Assembly: GCF_000315625.1 (NCBI RefSeq)
Contig: NW_005434608.1
Coordinates: 83,449-147,448, forward strand
Reading direction: 5' to 3'
From: Guillardia theta CCMP2712
Lineage: Eukaryota; Protista; Cryptophyta
Length of the DNA: 64,000 nucleotides
Position numbers and translations under genes: made by a program. Positions 58,281-64,000 of this stretch are shown one piece after another. The notes below the pieces were generated by a model. The model was not told where the DNA came from and did not search any database. It saw only the letters and a list, made by a program, of their open reading frames with translations. The stretch's first letter is position 1. Each line of letters opens with the position of its first letter.

Positions 58281-59669
58281 GGTTGTTTGAATGAAGAGAG
58301 CCGGGGAGGGGGGGGGGGAGCAGGACAAGGAGGGTGGGAACTTCTAAGAAGAAGGATGAAAGTTGAAGCGCGCAGAGGTTGAGGAGGAGGGAACAATCAA
58401 GAAGTAGCAGAGGAGAGGGGGTGAAAATATGAGAGAGATTGGACGCCTTGATGGACGGGTGGGGTAGTGAATAAATTCTGAATGAGGGGTAGTTTTACAC
58501 TTAAATGTTGGGGTCCAGGAGAAGGAGAGAGGGTAGGGGTCCTCACAACATTGTTTCAGATTTCCATATCCACATCGAAACGCTGTGATATCTGATCGTT
58601 TCGGACCTCAACCCCTTCGAACGAGGCACAGGACTCGTGACTGACTTGTTTTGACCACCCCTCCCTCTCCCAGTTTTGACGTCTTCGCCTGTTTGTTCCA
58701 TACAACTGTTCTCAACGACCGTAGGGACCACCCCTCCCTTTCCCCTACATCACCCACTTGATATCCATTGCAGCCCTCGTGACCGATAAGAAAGTCTACA
58801 AAATAGTTTTAGTTACGTGGTCCTGTGACCAAGGCCCTGGCCGCCCGTGTGGAGTCCGTGCCATGATGACAACATATGTTTTTGAATTCTGACTTTATAT
58901 ATATATTGAGCTCTTCTGGATCAGTCGATGGTACAACTTAAAATAGTTATAGCATAAAATCATTTAGACCTTTGTGTAACTCCGGAGGAGCAATAGGCCG
59001 GGATCCTTGCCCGCATCCCCTCCTATTCCCGCGTACGTCCCAAGTTAATTAATTTTGACCGGGCAATAACCGGCATCGCCGGATTTTCTTTACTCACAAG
59101 GCGATGTTTTAAAGGTTTAGTCAAAGCCTTCCTCACACAGTTTTAGAGTTTTAGCAGTCCTTAGCAGTACAATTAAAAATTCCCGTTGTAGGAGACTCCT
59201 CACGTTCTGGTACGATCTCGAGGTTCTTCTGGTACAGAAATATAAGTACTCTGTGCCAAGCATATCTGAAAAACTCTTAAAAGTAAATTTATTTCAGTCA
59301 ACTTCCACACAGCGACTCCATTCGCGTTCCCCTGCCTCCCGCTCTGCTCCTGCCCCCGTCGTCCCCTCCCCTCCTCGGCTCTCCTTCAACAGCTGTTGCA
59401 TATCACTCCTTGGCCGTGCTTCCACAAGCACTCCATCATTGCTTCCAAACCTTTCCTATCCAGACCTTAGGTTACCTCACCTTTCCCCATATCTTCCCCC
59501 ACTACGTCCCCTTGCGCGAGTGCCTGGCTCGACAAACTGCTCTTGATCATCTTTCAAGCACCCGCCTGTCCGCCTCTTGTGACTGAACATTGTTCATTCC
59601 GTGCTGGAAAGCTCGCACGCTGCTGACACGTTCCGATAAGTCAGGGATTGCCTTCAACCCAGTGGGAGG

Positions 59670-62002
<2,333 letters not shown>

Positions 62003-62639
62003 AGGAGGGGACGAGGAGTGTTCTTTGTGTGTAAGAAGAAGTGTTGTAGACTCGAGCACAGGTCTAGGTGTAGTTTGCAAAGACTTGTCTTGATGATTGA
62101 AGAAACTGACGTTTGCTGCCTCCCCCTCGAAGCATCTGCAAGTATCTTCTCCTCAACTTGGAGGTTCTATCCTCGACATTGATACTTCAGAGTGACGCCG
62201 AGCTTGTCTTCCACCAGCTACATCCAGCACCCGTTGTACCCCTCTCTCTTCTCCCTCGCTCCCTCCCTCCCTCCCTCGCCGCTTCGAGCTGCTGCTTTCC
62301 ATTCAGCTTTCCATTTTTCATTCCCCCCAGCTGGGGGGACGGGGGGACCCATTGGGAGGGAGGGGGGGAGGGAACGAAGCGGCGAGGGAGGGAGGGAGGG
62401 AGGGAGGGAGGGAAGGGAGGGAAGGGAGGGAAGGGAGGGAAGGGAGTGAAGGGAGGGAAGGGAGGGAAGGGAGGGAAGGGAGGGAAGGGAGGGAAGGGAG
62501 CGAGGGAGGAGAGGCCAGTGGACGGGGAAGACCAAACTGAGTTGAGGAAGGAGGAAAAGGGAGGAAGAGTGTGGTATGTGTGTTTGAGGGAAGGAACATG
62601 TTGGGCTGCATGTTATTTCTTTCACATTCTAGTGCTATC

Positions 62640-63430
62640 CTTGCATGCTGTCAGATTATGACGAGCCTTGTCAGTGATGGGACGGTGAAGCTGGAGCTGC
62701 AACCTGTGAGAGCAGAGCTATGCGCACCTCGCAGCTGCTTATCCTCCCCTTCATCCTCCTCTCGCTCCCCTGCCTCCCAACGGAAGTGACAGCAAGCTCC
62801 ATAGATGCTTCCAAGGTGACCTCTCCTCTCGCATGCCTCCTCGCGTGCTGATGTGGACGGCAGGAGAACAAGTTGTACAGAGTGGCGGTAGGAGCAGGAG
62901 GACGAGCATGGCGCCGCAGCCTGACTTGCCCGCAGATCTTGGTCCCTTCCAGCCCATGGATGCATCCCGAGCTCAAGAGAAGGATCATGGAGAATCTCCG
63001 ACGTGTCCCGTGCGCTCGGCAGCTGCAGACGCCAGCAGGAGTGACATGCCGGCAGGCGCGCGAACCCGAAGCTGTACGTGCGAATCTTTATCGATGCTGG
63101 GCCTCTGCAGAACCTGCCAGGTCGACGGGAGAGACGAGTGGAGGAGGGAGAGGAGGAGGAGGAGGAGGAGGAGGGAGAGGGGGACTGAAAGGGCCGAGCA
63201 GATGAGTCTCGTCCTCTCTCAAAGACCGCAAGGCTGAGGAATCGTGAGTCAGCGTCTGATTGTGCGACGGCGCGTCTGAGCTGACCGCAGGCATGCTGTC
63301 CTCCATCGACCTCCGGGACGTGAGTGACGCTGAGCGATGTTGGAACTCAAGTGACGATGCCTCCTTGTCTTGTTCCAGTTTGATTACATCATGTGGATGG
63401 ATGCGGACATCGTTGAGTTTCCTTTTGGTG
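62640..63430 (+). CDS. Partial glycosyltransferase, Anp1/MNN9-like (DxD motif)
   Basis: Exon FDYIMWMDADIVEFP, preceded by short exons. The rest is obscured by repeats and the gap. Confidence 0.45.
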
Positions 63431-63511
63431 AACTTTGTTTCCACATACACATATCCTCCTCCTCCTCCCCCTCCCCACTCCTCCTCCTCCTCCTCCTCCT
63501 CCTCCTCCTCC

Positions 63512-63611
63512 NNNNNNNNNNNNNNNNNNNNNNNNNNNNNNNNNNNNNNNNNNNNNNNNNNNNNNNNNNNNNNNNNNNNNNNNNNNNNNNNNNNNNNNNN
63601 NNNNNNNNNNN
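63512..63611. other. Assembly gap
   Basis: 100 N. Confidence 1.
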
Positions 63612-64000
63612 CCTCCATTGATCTTCTTCTTCTTCTTCATCTTCTTATTATTAGTACTGCTACTATTCTTTTACCTCCTCTGGATGTCATTTTCCTCCTG
63701 ATTTTCCTCCTCCGTCTTCTATTCTCCACTTCTCCTTCTGCTGTTCGTGAATTCTTTGCAGACCTCCCTTCCAAACTCATTTTCGCCAACCCTACGGGAG
63801 TAATCCTTCCATTCCTTCTGCTCCTCCCGTTTCCTCTGACTTCATCCAAGGCGACTGCCCCTCTTGTTCTCATCGAAGAGCCTGGGCCCATGGGTGAATA
63901 CACTCATTCTTGATCTTTCTCTCTTGCTAGCTTGCTTGCAGTGCCATCTCCGTCCTACTTTCTTTCGCTCCTCCTTGTTGTCGCCTTATTCTTCCTTGCA

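Overview
Eukaryotic nuclear DNA, gene-dense, with many ~50-bp GT-AG introns that are often filled with simple repeats, plus three N gaps. Bipartite plastid-type presequences and the gene style point to an alga with a complex plastid, most likely a cryptophyte of the Guillardia/Hanusia type (inference). About 20 host genes are visible: an ABHD17-like hydrolase, LPA1/DUF3493, an AIF-like oxidoreductase, DUF2009, an EF-hand type II membrane protein, a SKIP31-like F-box protein, a BASS transporter, a membrane-anchored RelA/SpoT synthetase-domain protein, a propeller-FN3 membrane protein, an ATG11 C-terminal domain protein, a two-domain GST-N protein, SWIM, ankyrin, CSDE1/UNR-like, PAS, RING-LON and Anp1-like proteins. 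Four features stand out. (1) A ~6.4-kb intronless mosaic insert sits just after the DUF2009 stop codon. It is bracketed by a 41-bp direct repeat and holds three nested inverted repeats, decayed foreign/virus-like gene fragments and one intact GPI-anchored protein gene. (2) A receptor-like multi-pass membrane protein ends in an intact-looking alarmone synthetase domain. (3) Four unrelated genes share a signal peptide followed by a ubiquitin-tail-like L-x-L-(R/M)-GG presequence motif. (4) A recurring upstream module combines a GC-rich palindromic-word island, GGGGTAGGGGT and, at some loci, a conserved 37-bp motif. Exon boundaries and family calls are by eye, with no database search.
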